Part shown: piece by piece, positions 45,625 through 55,685 of the stretch | Numbering within the stretch: position 1 is the first letter of the stretch | Layout: each line of letters starts with the position of its first letter | Assembly (NCBI GenBank): GCA_963775425.1 | Contig: CAVZJB010000007.1 | Coordinates: 32,001-96,000, forward strand | Reading direction: 5' to 3' | Origin: an uncultured delta proteobacterium | Lineage (GTDB): Bacteria; Myxococcota; UBA727; VGSZ01 | DNA length: 64,000 bases | Made by a program: the position numbers and the translations under genes | Notes under the pieces: generated by a model | What the model was told of the DNA's origin: nothing | What the model saw: only the letters and a program-made list of their open reading frames with translations | The model's database searches: none

Positions 45625-45752
45625 GGCGCCGATCGTCAGATCACGAATGCCCGCGCCGCCCGTTTGTGCCCGGCCGCGCGTTCGGGCCGGGGCCTGCGCT
45701 GCGCATCGCGCGGAGCGGGGCCGGCGCGCCGACGAGAAGGAGGCGCCGACGC

Positions 45753-46139
45753 TCAGCTCGCGGCGTGGGCGACGAGCTCGTCGAGGCTGACGAACGCGAG
45801 CGTGGCCTCGTGCGTCGCCGTCAGGATGACCGCGGGCGCCTTGCCGGCGTCGAGGGCCTCCTTCCAGCGGGGCGCGCACAGGCACCAGCGGTCACCCGGC
45901 TTCAGTCCGGCGAAGCCGTAGTGCGGCGCCGGCGTCGACAGATCGTTGCCGACGCTCTTCGAGTACGCGAGGAACTCGGCGCTCACCTGCACGCACACGG
46001 TGTGCACGCCGCGGTCCTGGGGCCCGGTCTCGCAGCAGCCGGTCCGGAAGAAGCCCGTGCGCGGCTCGAGCGAGCAGGTCTGGAGCACGCCGCCGAGGAC
46101 ATTTCTGGGGCCGGCGCCGCCCTGTGCATCGTCGAACAT
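45753..46139 (-). CDS. DUF2237 family protein
   Basis: NVLGGVLQTCS.EPRTGFFRTGCC, HTVC, GNDLSTP, GLKPGDRWCLCA.RW, ATHE. Confidence 0.92.
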   Translation of the reverse strand: MFDDAQGGAGPRNVLGGVLQTCSLEPRTGFFRTGCCETGPQDRGVHTVCVQVSAEFLAYSKSVGNDLSTPAPHYGFAGLKPGDRWCLCAPRWKEALDAGKAPAVILTATHEATLAFVSLDELVAHAAS

Positions 46140-46150
46140 CGTGTCGCTCC

Positions 46151-47485
46151 TCAGCGCCCGAGCGCTTCGTCGCAGGGGGTGCCGAGCGGCTCCTGGTACA
46201 GGTGCCATCGGCCGTAGGCGTCGGACGCCGCGTCGTAGATGTCGACGGCCTTGAGCGGGAGCGCGGCCCCGCCGGGCGGCGTCCACGAGGCCTGCTTGCC
46301 GTCGGAGGTCTCCTTGAACGACAGGCGCCCCGCGCGGGTCATGAACACCTGGGCGTCGCGCTCGAGGATGACGTCGTCGACCTTGGCGTACGCGAAGGTG
46401 CCGGGCCTCCCGGCGAACAGCCGGAAGTCGCGGTTGTCCTCGGGGACGAGGGCGCGGTCGACGACGAAGTAGGTGCCGTCGTCGGTGCGCGCCACGGCGA
46501 ACAGCGTGCGCTGCCAGCGGTGCTCGAAGAAGGACGCGCCCTTGGGCAGCTTGGTGGGCTTCAACGCGATCTTGTCGTCGCCGCACTGCAGCCAGAAATT
46601 GCCGTCCTTCATGTCGAACGCCGCCTGCCAGCGCGCCTTGGCCCGCGGGTCCCAAAAGACGACGTCGAAGCTCTTGTCGCCCTCGCGCCCGCCGCCGGTC
46701 ACGCGCTGCGCGTAGAGCCGGGTCGGGTCCTTGCGCGCCGCGAAGAAGGGGGCGAAGCCGTCGGCGGGCTTGTCGTCGTACGCGATGAACAAGCCCTTCC
46801 CGTCGGTGAGCCCGCGCAGCTTCGCCGCGTCGACCTTCATGGGGACGTCCTTGATCGACGAGGGCGCGCGCGTCTTGAGCGCGGCGACGGCGGCGTCGGG
46901 CGCGACCGCCGCCGGCGCCTTGGCGCCCGCCGTCGCGGCGCCGTTCGACGCGGCGCCCGTGGTCGCGCCCGTCGCAGCGGCGACGGCGCCGGGCGCGCGC
47001 GGAGCGGAGAGCTCGGCGACCATCGCCGGCAGCACGTCGAGGACGTCGTCGATGGAGCCGTGCTTGAGGCGGCGGTCGGCGAGGTGCGAGGCGCCGGTCT
47101 TCACGTCGACGGAGCGCAGGCCGACGAGGTAGCTGCGGCCGACCTTGGCGAGCGTGCCGGTGACGAGCGCGTCGACGCCGAGCGCCTCGCCGATCTGCGC
47201 CATGCAGGCGTCGTCGGCGCAGCCGGCGAGCTGCTTTTGCGCCTCGAGATCGAGCAGCGCCTTGAGCTGCTGCTGCGTCACCACCTCGACGCCGGTCTTG
47301 GCGAGCGCGCCCGCCACCGCCTCCGTCAGCGCCGCGGCCACGCGCTTGCTGACGCCGGCGCCGTCGTGAAAGGGCAAGACGCCGACCTTGTCGACGGGCG
47401 CGGCGGCGGCCGCGGAGGCGACGACGAGGAGAGCGCCGAGGACGGCCGCGGGCGCCACGAGCGAGGGAGAGCGGAGGGAGCGCAT
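46151..47485 (-). CDS. Exported protein with N-terminal DUF2380/FlgO-like domain and unknown C-terminal domain
   Basis: Signal peptide; VGVLPF...LEAQKQLAGCADDACMAQIGEALGVDALVTGTL...SVDVKTG; TATGCT 8 nt upstream. Confidence 0.7.
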   Translation of the reverse strand: MRSLRSPSLVAPAAVLGALLVVASAAAAAPVDKVGVLPFHDGAGVSKRVAAALTEAVAGALAKTGVEVVTQQQLKALLDLEAQKQLAGCADDACMAQIGEALGVDALVTGTLAKVGRSYLVGLRSVDVKTGASHLADRRLKHGSIDDVLDVLPAMVAELSAPRAPGAVAAATGATTGAASNGAATAGAKAPAAVAPDAAVAALKTRAPSSIKDVPMKVDAAKLRGLTDGKGLFIAYDDKPADGFAPFFAARKDPTRLYAQRVTGGGREGDKSFDVVFWDPRAKARWQAAFDMKDGNFWLQCGDDKIALKPTKLPKGASFFEHRWQRTLFAVARTDDGTYFVVDRALVPEDNRDFRLFAGRPGTFAYAKVDDVILERDAQVFMTRAGRLSFKETSDGKQASWTPPGGAALPLKAVDIYDAASDAYGRWHLYQEPLGTPCDEALGR

Positions 47486-47670
47486 GGGCGCGGAGCATAC
47501 AGCGCCCCACCGTTCGGCGAGGTCACGGCGGACCCGGCGCGCCGTGCCCGGAGGTCGCGGGCGACCCGGGGCCGGCCGGGTCCTTCGCCGCGCGGGTGCG
47601 TCCGGACGCGGAGCGTGCGCCGCGGGCCGGCGGGCACGGGCCGTGCTTCCTTCCACCACGGAGGGGCCCC

Positions 47671-48135
47671 ATGAACACGCAAGCGCTGCACGTCTTGATC
47701 GTCGACGATGACATCCACGCCGCCCGCCTGCTCGGGAGGATCGTCGAGCGCGAAGGCCACAAGGTGACGTTGCTGTTCGACCCCACCGACGCCATCCGCC
47801 TCGTGCGCAAGCTCGCCATCGACGTCATCATCGCCGACGAGCGCATGCCCGGCATCACGGGCGCGGACATCCTCGCGACGCTCGCGCGCCTGGAGCCGCA
47901 CACCTTCCGCGTGCTCACGAGCTGCAACCTCGACGTCAACGGCGTCATCGACCGCGTCAACCGCGCGCGCATCGACTACCTCTTGAAGAAGCCGTTCCGC
48001 ATCGCCGACGTCTGCGATCTGCTCCGCACCGCGACCAACGAGTGGCGCCCGATGGAGCGGAGCGTGCCTTCGTACCTGTTCGGCTCGCCGTCGCTGAAGC
48101 GCGACAGCACGGGCGCCATCCTCCTCCCCGCCTGA
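47671..48135 (+). CDS. Single-domain response regulator
   Basis: VLIVDDD, IIADERMPGITG, LTS, KKPF; GGAGG SD. Confidence 0.88.
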   Translation: MNTQALHVLIVDDDIHAARLLGRIVEREGHKVTLLFDPTDAIRLVRKLAIDVIIADERMPGITGADILATLARLEPHTFRVLTSCNLDVNGVIDRVNRARIDYLLKKPFRIADVCDLLRTATNEWRPMERSVPSYLFGSPSLKRDSTGAILLPA

Positions 48136-48142
48136 GGGACCC

Positions 48143-48538
48143 ATGCTCGCCTCGCACGGACCGCGCGTCCTCGTCATCGACAGCGACCCGGGTCGCGCGC
48201 GCGAGCTCGGCGTGTTCCTGCGCCTGAGCGGCTGCGAGGTCGCCCACGCCGCCGACGTCGTGCAGGGCGCGGAGCTCTTCGCGCGCGCCGACGTCGCCGT
48301 CCTCGACGACGACGCGTTCGGTCGCGCCGGCACCTCCCTGTTTTCCCGCCTCGGTCGCGTGGCGCCCGGCGTGTTCCGCTGCGTCGCCTGCCGCTGGTCG
48401 CGCTTCGCCGACGTGCGCGGCTGCGCCGACTACGTGCTCGCCAAGCCGTACACGAGCGCGGTGCTCGCCGACGCCCTCGTCGCCTCGCGAAGCCTCCGCC
48501 GCGCCGCGCCCGAGCACGGCGCGGACGCCGCGACCTGA
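48143..48538 (+). CDS. Degenerate receiver-domain protein
   Basis: RVLVIDSD, DVAVLDDD, ADYVLAKPY; lacks the MP and T/S motifs. Confidence 0.6.
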   Translation: MLASHGPRVLVIDSDPGRARELGVFLRLSGCEVAHAADVVQGAELFARADVAVLDDDAFGRAGTSLFSRLGRVAPGVFRCVACRWSRFADVRGCADYVLAKPYTSAVLADALVASRSLRRAAPEHGADAAT

Positions 48539-48643
48539 GGCGCGACGAACGCGCGACCGCCCCGCCGTCGTCACGCTGCACAACGCAGGGCGTTTTGCCC
48601 ACCTTGCGCCGGCGAGCGCGATTTGCGATTGCCGTCGTCAACC

Positions 48644-49609
48644 GTGACACCCGATGAAGAGCTGCGGGCGCTGCTCAAACGCGTGCGCCAGATCGAGCTG
48701 AAGACGCGCAAGGCCGTCAACGCGGCGGGCCAGGGTGCGTACCACTCGCGGTTCAAAGGGCGCGGCATGGCGTTTTCCGAGAGCCGCGCCTACGTCCCCG
48801 GCGACGACCCGCGCCACATCGACTGGAACGCCACGGCGCGCCGCCAGGACCCGCGCGCGGGGCACACGGGGTCGGAGCTGTTCGTGAAGCAGTTCGTCGA
48901 GGAGCGCGAGCTCACGGTGCTGCTCGCGGTGGACCTCTCGGGCTCCATGAGCACGGGCTCGCGCGCGCGCACCAAGCGGCAGATCGCGGCGGAGGCGGCG
49001 GCGCTCCTCGCGTTCTCGGCGCTGCGCAACAACGACAAGGTCGGCCTGGTCGCGTTCACCGATCGCATCGAGCTCCTCGTGCGCCCCAAGAAGGGCCGCG
49101 GACACGTGCTGCGCCTGCTGCGGGAGATCCTCGCGGCGCGCCCCAAAGGCAAGGGCACGAACCTCGTCGCCGCCGTGGAGACCGTGACGCACCTCTCCAA
49201 GCAGCGCGCCATCGTCGCCCTGGTGAGCGACATGCTCCTCGGCGGTGGACAAACCGCCCCGCCGCGCCCGGCCGCTCCCGGGTCGCCGCTCGGACCGCTC
49301 GAGCGCCCGCTCAAGGTGCTGGCGCGGCGGCACGACCTCATCGTCGTCGAGGTCGAAGATCCGCTCGAGGGCGCCCTGCCCGACGCCGGCCTCATCAGCG
49401 TCCACGACCCGGAGACCGGCAAGCGCGTCCTCCTCGACAGCGGCGACGCCCGGGTGCGCAAGACGTACCAGGAGCGCGCCGCCGCCGAGCGGGCGCGCAC
49501 GCGGGGCGCTTTGGAGCGCCTCGGCGTGGATCGCGTGACCGTGACGGATCGGGAATCCGCCGCGGCGCTGGTTCGTTTCCTGCGACGCCGCGCAAGGAAG
49601 GCCGCGTGA
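48644..49609 (+). CDS. DUF58 protein (MoxR-associated)
   Basis: SRFKGRGMAFSESRAYVPGDDPRHIDWNATAR, VKQFVEERE, DLSGSM, NDKVGL. Confidence 0.93.
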   Translation: MTPDEELRALLKRVRQIELKTRKAVNAAGQGAYHSRFKGRGMAFSESRAYVPGDDPRHIDWNATARRQDPRAGHTGSELFVKQFVEERELTVLLAVDLSGSMSTGSRARTKRQIAAEAAALLAFSALRNNDKVGLVAFTDRIELLVRPKKGRGHVLRLLREILAARPKGKGTNLVAAVETVTHLSKQRAIVALVSDMLLGGGQTAPPRPAAPGSPLGPLERPLKVLARRHDLIVVEVEDPLEGALPDAGLISVHDPETGKRVLLDSGDARVRKTYQERAAAERARTRGALERLGVDRVTVTDRESAAALVRFLRRRARKAA

Positions 49610-50775
49610 TTCTCGCCGCCGTCGTCACCCTGCTCGCCACCGCCCCCGGCCCCGCGCCGGTCGCCGACACCGCCGCGCCGCCGACGGCCGAAGCGCAAAG
49701 CGACGCGGGCGTCGCCGAGGAGGCGCTGCCGCCGCCCATCCCGCCGCGCGAGCTCGACGACGCCGACGCGGGCGTCGCCGACGCGACAGCCCCCGACGGG
49801 GGGCCCGCGAGCATCCCCGGGCTCGTCTTGAACGCGACCATCGAGCCCGCGCTGGTGCCGTTCGGCGCCCCGTTCGAGCTCGTGGTCACCATCACCCGCG
49901 ACCGCGGCCTGCAGCTCGCGTTGCCCGGCGCCATCCCCGACGTCGACAGCGCGCCCAGGACCGGCGACCCGGTGCGCACCGTCCAGGATCTCCCCGCCGC
50001 GGCGGACGCCGGCCCCGGCGGCGCGCGCGTCAAGGAGACCATCAAGATCCCCTTCCTCGCGCTCGACACCAAGGACGTGAAGACGCCGGCGTTCACGCTC
50101 ACCGGCAAGGACGGCGCCGCCGTCGACGTCCCCGCGCTCGACGTGCGCGTCGACATGCCCAAGGACACCATGCCGAACCCCGCGGGGCCCGACGCCGGGC
50201 CGCCCCCGCCGGGCACGGTGGTCCTCGAGCCAAACGCCCCCGCCATCGCCTACGCCGTGCCCGACGCGCGGCCCTTCGTGGTGCTCGGCGCGTTCGCCGG
50301 CGCGGGGCTGTTGTTCTTCCTGGTGCGCTTGTTCGCGCGACGCCGCAAGGCGACGGCGCCGGCCACCCCGGCGGTGCCGCCGCCGCCGCCGCGGCCGGCG
50401 CACGAGGTGGCGCTCGAGCGGCTCGAGGCGCTCCTCGCGAGCGGGCTGTTGCAGCGCGGAGAGACCGCGGAGTTCGTCGAGCGCCTGATGGACGAGGTGC
50501 TGCGCGACTACATCTCCGCGCGCTTCCAGATGACCGCGGGCACCCGCACCACGCGCGAGCTGGTGAAGGACCTCCTCGGCGTCGCCGTGCTCGGCCTCGA
50601 CGTCAGCCTGGTCGAGAGCCTCCTCGCCGACGCAGACCTCGTGAAGTTCGCCAAGGCGTCCATCCCCTCCGAGCGCGCGCACGCCATGGCCACCCGCGTG
50701 CGCGCGCTCATCGACGCCACCAAGCTCGTCCCCGGCGACCGCGCCGCGCGCGCCGCGGGCGGAGGTGCCTCGTGA
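49606..50775 (+). CDS. Bat-cluster membrane protein (DUF4381-like)
   Basis: Signal, Ig-like region, TM, PAHEVALERLEAL, LRDYI, TTREL, ADLVKFAK; lies between DUF58 and batA. Confidence 0.8.
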   Translation: MILAAVVTLLATAPGPAPVADTAAPPTAEAQSDAGVAEEALPPPIPPRELDDADAGVADATAPDGGPASIPGLVLNATIEPALVPFGAPFELVVTITRDRGLQLALPGAIPDVDSAPRTGDPVRTVQDLPAAADAGPGGARVKETIKIPFLALDTKDVKTPAFTLTGKDGAAVDVPALDVRVDMPKDTMPNPAGPDAGPPPPGTVVLEPNAPAIAYAVPDARPFVVLGAFAGAGLLFFLVRLFARRRKATAPATPAVPPPPPRPAHEVALERLEALLASGLLQRGETAEFVERLMDEVLRDYISARFQMTAGTRTTRELVKDLLGVAVLGLDVSLVESLLADADLVKFAKASIPSERAHAMATRVRALIDATKLVPGDRAARAAGGGAS

Positions 50776-51839
50776 CGGCCGCCGAGCTGTTCGGGGGGAT
50801 CGTCGCCGCCGTGCGCGCGCTGCACGAGTCCGGCGTCCACGACCTCCAGCTCGGCATGCCCTGGCTGCTGTTGTTGCTCATCCCCGTCGCCGGCGCCGTC
50901 GCCGCCATCGCCGTCGTCGGCTCGCCGCTGCCGACGCTGTCGTTCGCCCGCGGCGAGCAGGCGGCCAGGCTCCCGCGCGGCCGCGGGCACACCGCGCGCG
51001 TCGCGGCGTTCGTCTGCATCGCGGCGTCGGCGGTGCTCGGCGCCGTCGGCCTCGCGCAGCCGGAGGTGCTCGGCGAGCCCGAGCCGGGCACCACCGAGGG
51101 CATCGACATCGTCGTCGCCCTCGACGTCTCCGGCTCCATGCGCGCCGCAGACTTTCGCCCCAAGGACCGCCTGCACGTCGCCAAGAAGGTCATCGAGGAG
51201 CACCTGCTCACGCGCAAGCGCGACCGCGTGGGGCTCGTCGTCTTCGCCGGCGAAGCGTTCACGCAGGCGCCGCTCACGCATGACAAGGCGCTCCTCGGCG
51301 AGATCCTCGAGGGCGTTCGCACCGGCGTCATCACTGATGGCACCGCCATCGGCGACGGCCTCGCCACGTCCCTCAACCGGCTGAAGGACAGCAAGGCCAA
51401 GACGCGCGCCATCATCCTGCTCACCGACGGCGACAACAACGCGGGCTTCATCGCGCCCGAGAGCGCCACCGACCTCGCCGTCGACCTCGGGGTGAAGGTG
51501 TTCCCCATCCTCGTCGGGCGCGGCGGCAAGGTCCCCTTCCCCGACGGCACCGACATCTTCGGCGCCCCGCGCTTCGTCACCGTCGAGATGCCGGTGAACC
51601 CCACGCTGCTGAAGACCATCGCCACCCGCACCGGCGGTTCGTACTTCAACGCCACCGACGCCGAGAGCCTCAAGACGAGCTTCTCCAAGATCCTCGACAG
51701 CCTCGACCGCTCGCTGCTCGAGGGCCAAAAGCCCGTGCGCCGCCCCATCCCGCTCACCCCGCTGTTGCTCCTTCCTGCCGCGCTGCTGTTGGCGGCGGGG
51801 CTCACCCTCGCGTTCACGCGCGCATCGACGGTGCCCTGA
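50772..51839 (+). CDS. batA: VWA protein BatA
   Basis: GIDIVVALDVSGSM, DRVGLVVFAGEAFTQAPLT, GTAIGDG, ILLTDGDNNAG, TGGSYF. Confidence 0.9.
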   Translation: MTAAELFGGIVAAVRALHESGVHDLQLGMPWLLLLLIPVAGAVAAIAVVGSPLPTLSFARGEQAARLPRGRGHTARVAAFVCIAASAVLGAVGLAQPEVLGEPEPGTTEGIDIVVALDVSGSMRAADFRPKDRLHVAKKVIEEHLLTRKRDRVGLVVFAGEAFTQAPLTHDKALLGEILEGVRTGVITDGTAIGDGLATSLNRLKDSKAKTRAIILLTDGDNNAGFIAPESATDLAVDLGVKVFPILVGRGGKVPFPDGTDIFGAPRFVTVEMPVNPTLLKTIATRTGGSYFNATDAESLKTSFSKILDSLDRSLLEGQKPVRRPIPLTPLLLLPAALLLAAGLTLAFTRASTVP

Positions 51840-52885
51840 TGCGCTTCACCTCGCCCCTCCTCCTGGCGCTGCTCGGCCTCGTGCCCGTGCTGCTCCTGTT
51901 GTGGCTGCGCGACGAGCGCTCGCGCACGCGACGCCTCGCCGTCCTCGTCGACGCGGGGCTGCTGCCCGCGCTGTCGGCGGGCGCGTCGGACGCGCGGCGC
52001 GGGTGGCGGCGGGGCCTGGCCGTCGGCGCGCTGGCGCTTTTCGTGGTGGCGGCGGCGGGCCCCGAGGTGGGCGGGAAGACGGTGCTCCTCCCGCAGCGCG
52101 GCCTCGACGTGCTCTTCGTCATCGACGTGTCGCGCTCGATGCGCGCGCGCGACGTGCTCCCCGATCGCCTCGAGCGCGCCAAGGCCGAGATCGGCGCGGT
52201 GCTGCCGCGGCTGTCCGACCACCGCGTGGGCATCGTCGCGTTCGCGGGCACCGCGTTCGTGCAGTGCCCGCTCACGTCGGACACCGAGGCCGTGCGCCTG
52301 TTCTTGAACGACCTCACGCCCGACACCGTCCCCCAGGGCGGCACGGCGCTGTCGGCGGGCCTCGAGGTGGCGCTCAACGCCATCCGCGCCGAGGACGAGG
52401 GCCAGGGCGCCGAGGGGCCGGCCAAGAACAAGAGCGCCGGCCGGGTGATCGTCGTCGTCACGGACGGCGAAGATCACGAGGGCAAGCTCGATGACGTGAA
52501 TAAGGAGCTCAAGGAGAGCGGCGCCACCGTGGTGCTCATCGGCGTCGGCTCCACGCTCGGCGAGCCCATCCCAGTCGTCGACGATCACGGCAAGGTGAGC
52601 GGCTACGTGAAGGACCGTCGCGGCCAGACCGTGATGACGCGCATGTCGCCCGAGGTGTTGAGCCAGGTGGCGCAGCAGGTGGGCGGCGTCTTCGTCGACG
52701 GCACGAGCCAGCCTGACATGGGCCTGCGCGAGGTCGAGTCGCGCATCGCCGGCCTCGAGAAGCGCGACTTCGAGAGCCGCGCGCAGACGGAGTGGGACGA
52801 CCGCACCGCCATCCCCCTCGGCGTCGCGTTGCTGCTGCTCGTCGTCGCGCTCGTGATCCCCGAGCGCGCGGGAGGTGCCCCGTGA
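51839..52885 (+). CDS. batB: VWA protein BatB
   Basis: DVSRSMRARDVLPDRLERAK, FAGTAFVQCPLTSD, VTDGEDHEG, GVGSTLGEPIP. Confidence 0.9.
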   Translation: MRFTSPLLLALLGLVPVLLLLWLRDERSRTRRLAVLVDAGLLPALSAGASDARRGWRRGLAVGALALFVVAAAGPEVGGKTVLLPQRGLDVLFVIDVSRSMRARDVLPDRLERAKAEIGAVLPRLSDHRVGIVAFAGTAFVQCPLTSDTEAVRLFLNDLTPDTVPQGGTALSAGLEVALNAIRAEDEGQGAEGPAKNKSAGRVIVVVTDGEDHEGKLDDVNKELKESGATVVLIGVGSTLGEPIPVVDDHGKVSGYVKDRRGQTVMTRMSPEVLSQVAQQVGGVFVDGTSQPDMGLREVESRIAGLEKRDFESRAQTEWDDRTAIPLGVALLLLVVALVIPERAGGAP

Positions 52886-53856
52886 TCGCCCTCGCCCTGT
52901 TCGTCGCCGCGGCCACGACGTCGTCGCCGGTGGGCGCCGCCCCAAAGCTCCTGCAGCGGGCGGAGCCGTCCCTCGAGGAGGGCGCGCGGCTCCTGTCCCA
53001 CGGCGACTTCGACGGCGCGCTCGAGCACTTCCGGCGCGCGCAGGCCAAGTCGCCCGACGAGCGCGCGGTGGTCGAGTACGACGTCGGCGCCGCACAGCTC
53101 GCGCGCGTGATGCAGCAGGCGCGGGCAGCGGCCAAGGAGGCGGCAGCCAAGCAGGCGGCGCAGAGCGCGGGCCCCTCGCCCGCGGGTGCGCCGGCGGCCG
53201 GGCCGGCGCCGGGCGCTCCCGCGGCGCAGGGCGGACCGCAGATCGACAAGTCCGCGCTCGACGACGCCAAGGCGTCCTTCGAGCGCGCCTTCGGGCTCGC
53301 CCACGACGCGCACCTCAAGTCCGAGGCCGCCCTCGCCGCCGGCAACGCCGCCGCCAACGCCCAGGACCTCGACGACGCCATCGCCCACTACAGAAAAGCG
53401 CTCGTGGCCGACCCGAACAACGAGCGCGCCAGGAAGAACCTCCTGCGCGTCCTCGAGGCCAAGCGCGCCCAACCGCCGCCGCCCCCCAAGAAGGGCGGCG
53501 ACGACGACAAGAAGAACGACAAGAACAACGACGACAAGAACAACGACAAGAAGGACCAAAGCGGCGACGACAAGAAGGACCAGCAGCAGGGCGACAAGGA
53601 CAAACAGCAGAAGGACCAGGACAAGCAGGGCGACAAGGACAAGCAGCAGCAGGGTGACAAGGACAAGGACAAGGACAAGGACAAGGACAAGGACAAGCAG
53701 CAGCAGCAGCAGCAGCAGCAGGGCGACAAGAAGAAGCAGAAGAAGGAGGAGGCCAGGCGCCTGCTCGACGCGCTGCGCGCCCGCGAGCGCCCGATGACGC
53801 CGCTCGAGATGCGCGGCAGGCAGAAGCAGCCGCCCAGGGCCGGGAAGGACTGGTGA
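52882..53856 (+). CDS. batC: TPR protein BatC-like
   Basis: AIAHYRKALVADPNNERARKNL; K/D/Q low-complexity tract; EARRLLDAL...KDW C-terminus. Confidence 0.85.
   Translation: MIALALFVAAATTSSPVGAAPKLLQRAEPSLEEGARLLSHGDFDGALEHFRRAQAKSPDERAVVEYDVGAAQLARVMQQARAAAKEAAAKQAAQSAGPSPAGAPAAGPAPGAPAAQGGPQIDKSALDDAKASFERAFGLAHDAHLKSEAALAAGNAAANAQDLDDAIAHYRKALVADPNNERARKNLLRVLEAKRAQPPPPPKKGGDDDKKNDKNNDDKNNDKKDQSGDDKKDQQQGDKDKQQKDQDKQGDKDKQQQGDKDKDKDKDKDKDKQQQQQQQQGDKKKQKKEEARRLLDALRARERPMTPLEMRGRQKQPPRAGKDW
53500..53745. repeat. Low-complexity (GACAAG)n and (CAG)n tracts in batC
   Basis: Encode DKDKDK and poly-Gln. Confidence 0.85.
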
Positions 53857-55685
53857 TGCCGCTGCGTCCGAAGCGCGCCCCGCGACGCCGCGCCGCGCGG
53901 AGCACGCGGCACCTCGGCGCCGTGGGCCTCGTGGCCGCCGCCCTGCTCGTGGCGGGCGCGGCGGCTGCCGACGACGCCCCCATCAGCCTGCGCTACGACG
54001 TCAACGCCAAGGAGATCGCGCAAGGCGAGACCTTCCAGCTCGACGTGGTGCTCACGGTGCACTCCCAGCAGCCCGTGGAGGAGGTGGCGCTGCCCGACAT
54101 CCCGCGCGGGCTCACCGTCGTGCAGGAGCGGCGCGCGTCGTCGACGCAGATCGGCAACGTCAACGGCCACCGCAGCATCACCGTCGAGCAGCGCTACCTG
54201 TACCTGTTGCGCGGCGACGAGGCCGGCACCTTCAAGATCCCCGAGGCCACCGCGCGCCTCGGGCGCTTCGTCGCGCACGCCCCCGCGCTCACGGTGAAGG
54301 TCGTGGCGGATCCGTCGTCGTCGGCGGCAGCGCCGCCGGGGGTGCCCGAGCCCGCCGGCGCGCTGCCGGGCGCGCGCTTCGGCAGGAGGCCGCCGGCGTC
54401 GTTCCTCGAGGTCACGCTCGACCGCGACAGCGCCGTCGTCGGCCAGCAGGTCACCGCCACCACCGAGGTCTACTCCCAGCGGCCCCTCGGCGAGTTTCCG
54501 CGGCTCGCGCCGCTCAAGCCGCCGGGCTTCTTCTGCACGCCGCTCCTCGGCGACGATCGACCAAACCCCTCGCAAAAGAGCGTCGCCGGCCACCTCTACT
54601 ACGTCTACCTCGTCAACATGGACGCGCTGTTCCCCGTGAAGGCGGGCGACGTGACCATCCCCGCGCAGACCGTGGACCTGCAGCCCGCGGGCTCGTTCTT
54701 CTCACGGCCGCGCGGGGTTCGCGTGAAGTCGGCGGCCGTGACCCTGCACGTGAGCGCGCTCCCCGGAGCGGACATGCCCGCCGGCTTCCCCGCGGGGAAC
54801 GTGGGCATCTGGCAGCTCACCTCGACGGTGCGGCCGTCGTCGGCGTCGCTCGATCAACCGGTGACGCTCACCATCGTCGCCAACGGCACCGGCAGCCTCG
54901 AGCAACTGCAGCTCCCCACCTGGGACGCGGCCGACGCCGAGGCCGCGGGTGCCCGCGTCTTTCCGTCGACGACGAAGATCGATCGGCGCCAGACCTCGGC
55001 GGACGAGCCCGAGCTCGGGGGGCGCGTGGTCATCGAGATGCTGGTGCAGCCGGAGAAGGTCGGCCAACTGCACATCCCCGCGTTCACGCTCTCGTTCTTC
55101 GACCCGTTTGCGCGCGCGTACAAGACGTCGAGCACCAGGCCCATCGTGGTCCCGGTGCGCGCGGCGCGCAGCGCGTCGTCGTCGTCGGCGTCGCCGGCGC
55201 CGGGATCGCGGCAGACCATCGCCAAGGGGGCGCGGCCCTTGCGCGGGCACGTCTCGGCACAGACGCGGCCGGGCGAGGCGCCGGTGGCGGCCGGGGGCGC
55301 AGCGTTCGTCGCCGGTCTCGGCGTGCTCGCGGCGCGCGCGCGGCAGCGCAAGAAGGGCGCGTCGCTCGAGGGCAAGCGCGCGAGCAAGCGGCGCGATCGG
55401 CAGCGCGCCCTCGACGACGCCAAGGCGCGCGGCGACCTCGCGGGCCTCGAGCGCATCCTCCTCGAGGCCGTGGCCGACCGCTGCGGCGCCGAGGCCAAGT
55501 CGCGCGCTACCGGCGACCTCGCCGCGTTCCTCGCCGAGCGCGGCCTCGAGCGCGCCGCCGCGGACGACGTCGTCCGCTTCATCCGCGACGTCGAGGCGGC
55601 GCGCTACTCCCCGGGCGGCTCGAGCGAGCGCGCGCGCCTCGCCGACGTCTGCGTCGCGCTCATCGCGCGCGTGGAGGCCGCATGA
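53856..55685 (+). CDS. batD: BatD family protein
   Basis: SSTQIGNVNG, GTFKIP, LFPVKAGDVTIP, VGIWQL, GTGSL, FSFFDP-like SFFDP..R.Y, TM, ARYSP. Confidence 0.85.
   Translation: MPLRPKRAPRRRAARSTRHLGAVGLVAAALLVAGAAAADDAPISLRYDVNAKEIAQGETFQLDVVLTVHSQQPVEEVALPDIPRGLTVVQERRASSTQIGNVNGHRSITVEQRYLYLLRGDEAGTFKIPEATARLGRFVAHAPALTVKVVADPSSSAAAPPGVPEPAGALPGARFGRRPPASFLEVTLDRDSAVVGQQVTATTEVYSQRPLGEFPRLAPLKPPGFFCTPLLGDDRPNPSQKSVAGHLYYVYLVNMDALFPVKAGDVTIPAQTVDLQPAGSFFSRPRGVRVKSAAVTLHVSALPGADMPAGFPAGNVGIWQLTSTVRPSSASLDQPVTLTIVANGTGSLEQLQLPTWDAADAEAAGARVFPSTTKIDRRQTSADEPELGGRVVIEMLVQPEKVGQLHIPAFTLSFFDPFARAYKTSSTRPIVVPVRAARSASSSSASPAPGSRQTIAKGARPLRGHVSAQTRPGEAPVAAGGAAFVAGLGVLAARARQRKKGASLEGKRASKRRDRQRALDDAKARGDLAGLERILLEAVADRCGAEAKSRATGDLAAFLAERGLERAAADDVVRFIRDVEAARYSPGGSSERARLADVCVALIARVEAA

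Noticed and set aside
47520-47650. Very GC-rich intergenic stretch as a possible ncRNA or terminator
   Set aside because: No recognisable RNA family motif or U-tract; pairing potential is expected at this GC content.
53500-53745. Poly-Gln and DK repeats as a novel element
   Set aside because: Low-complexity linkers are typical of BatC proteins.
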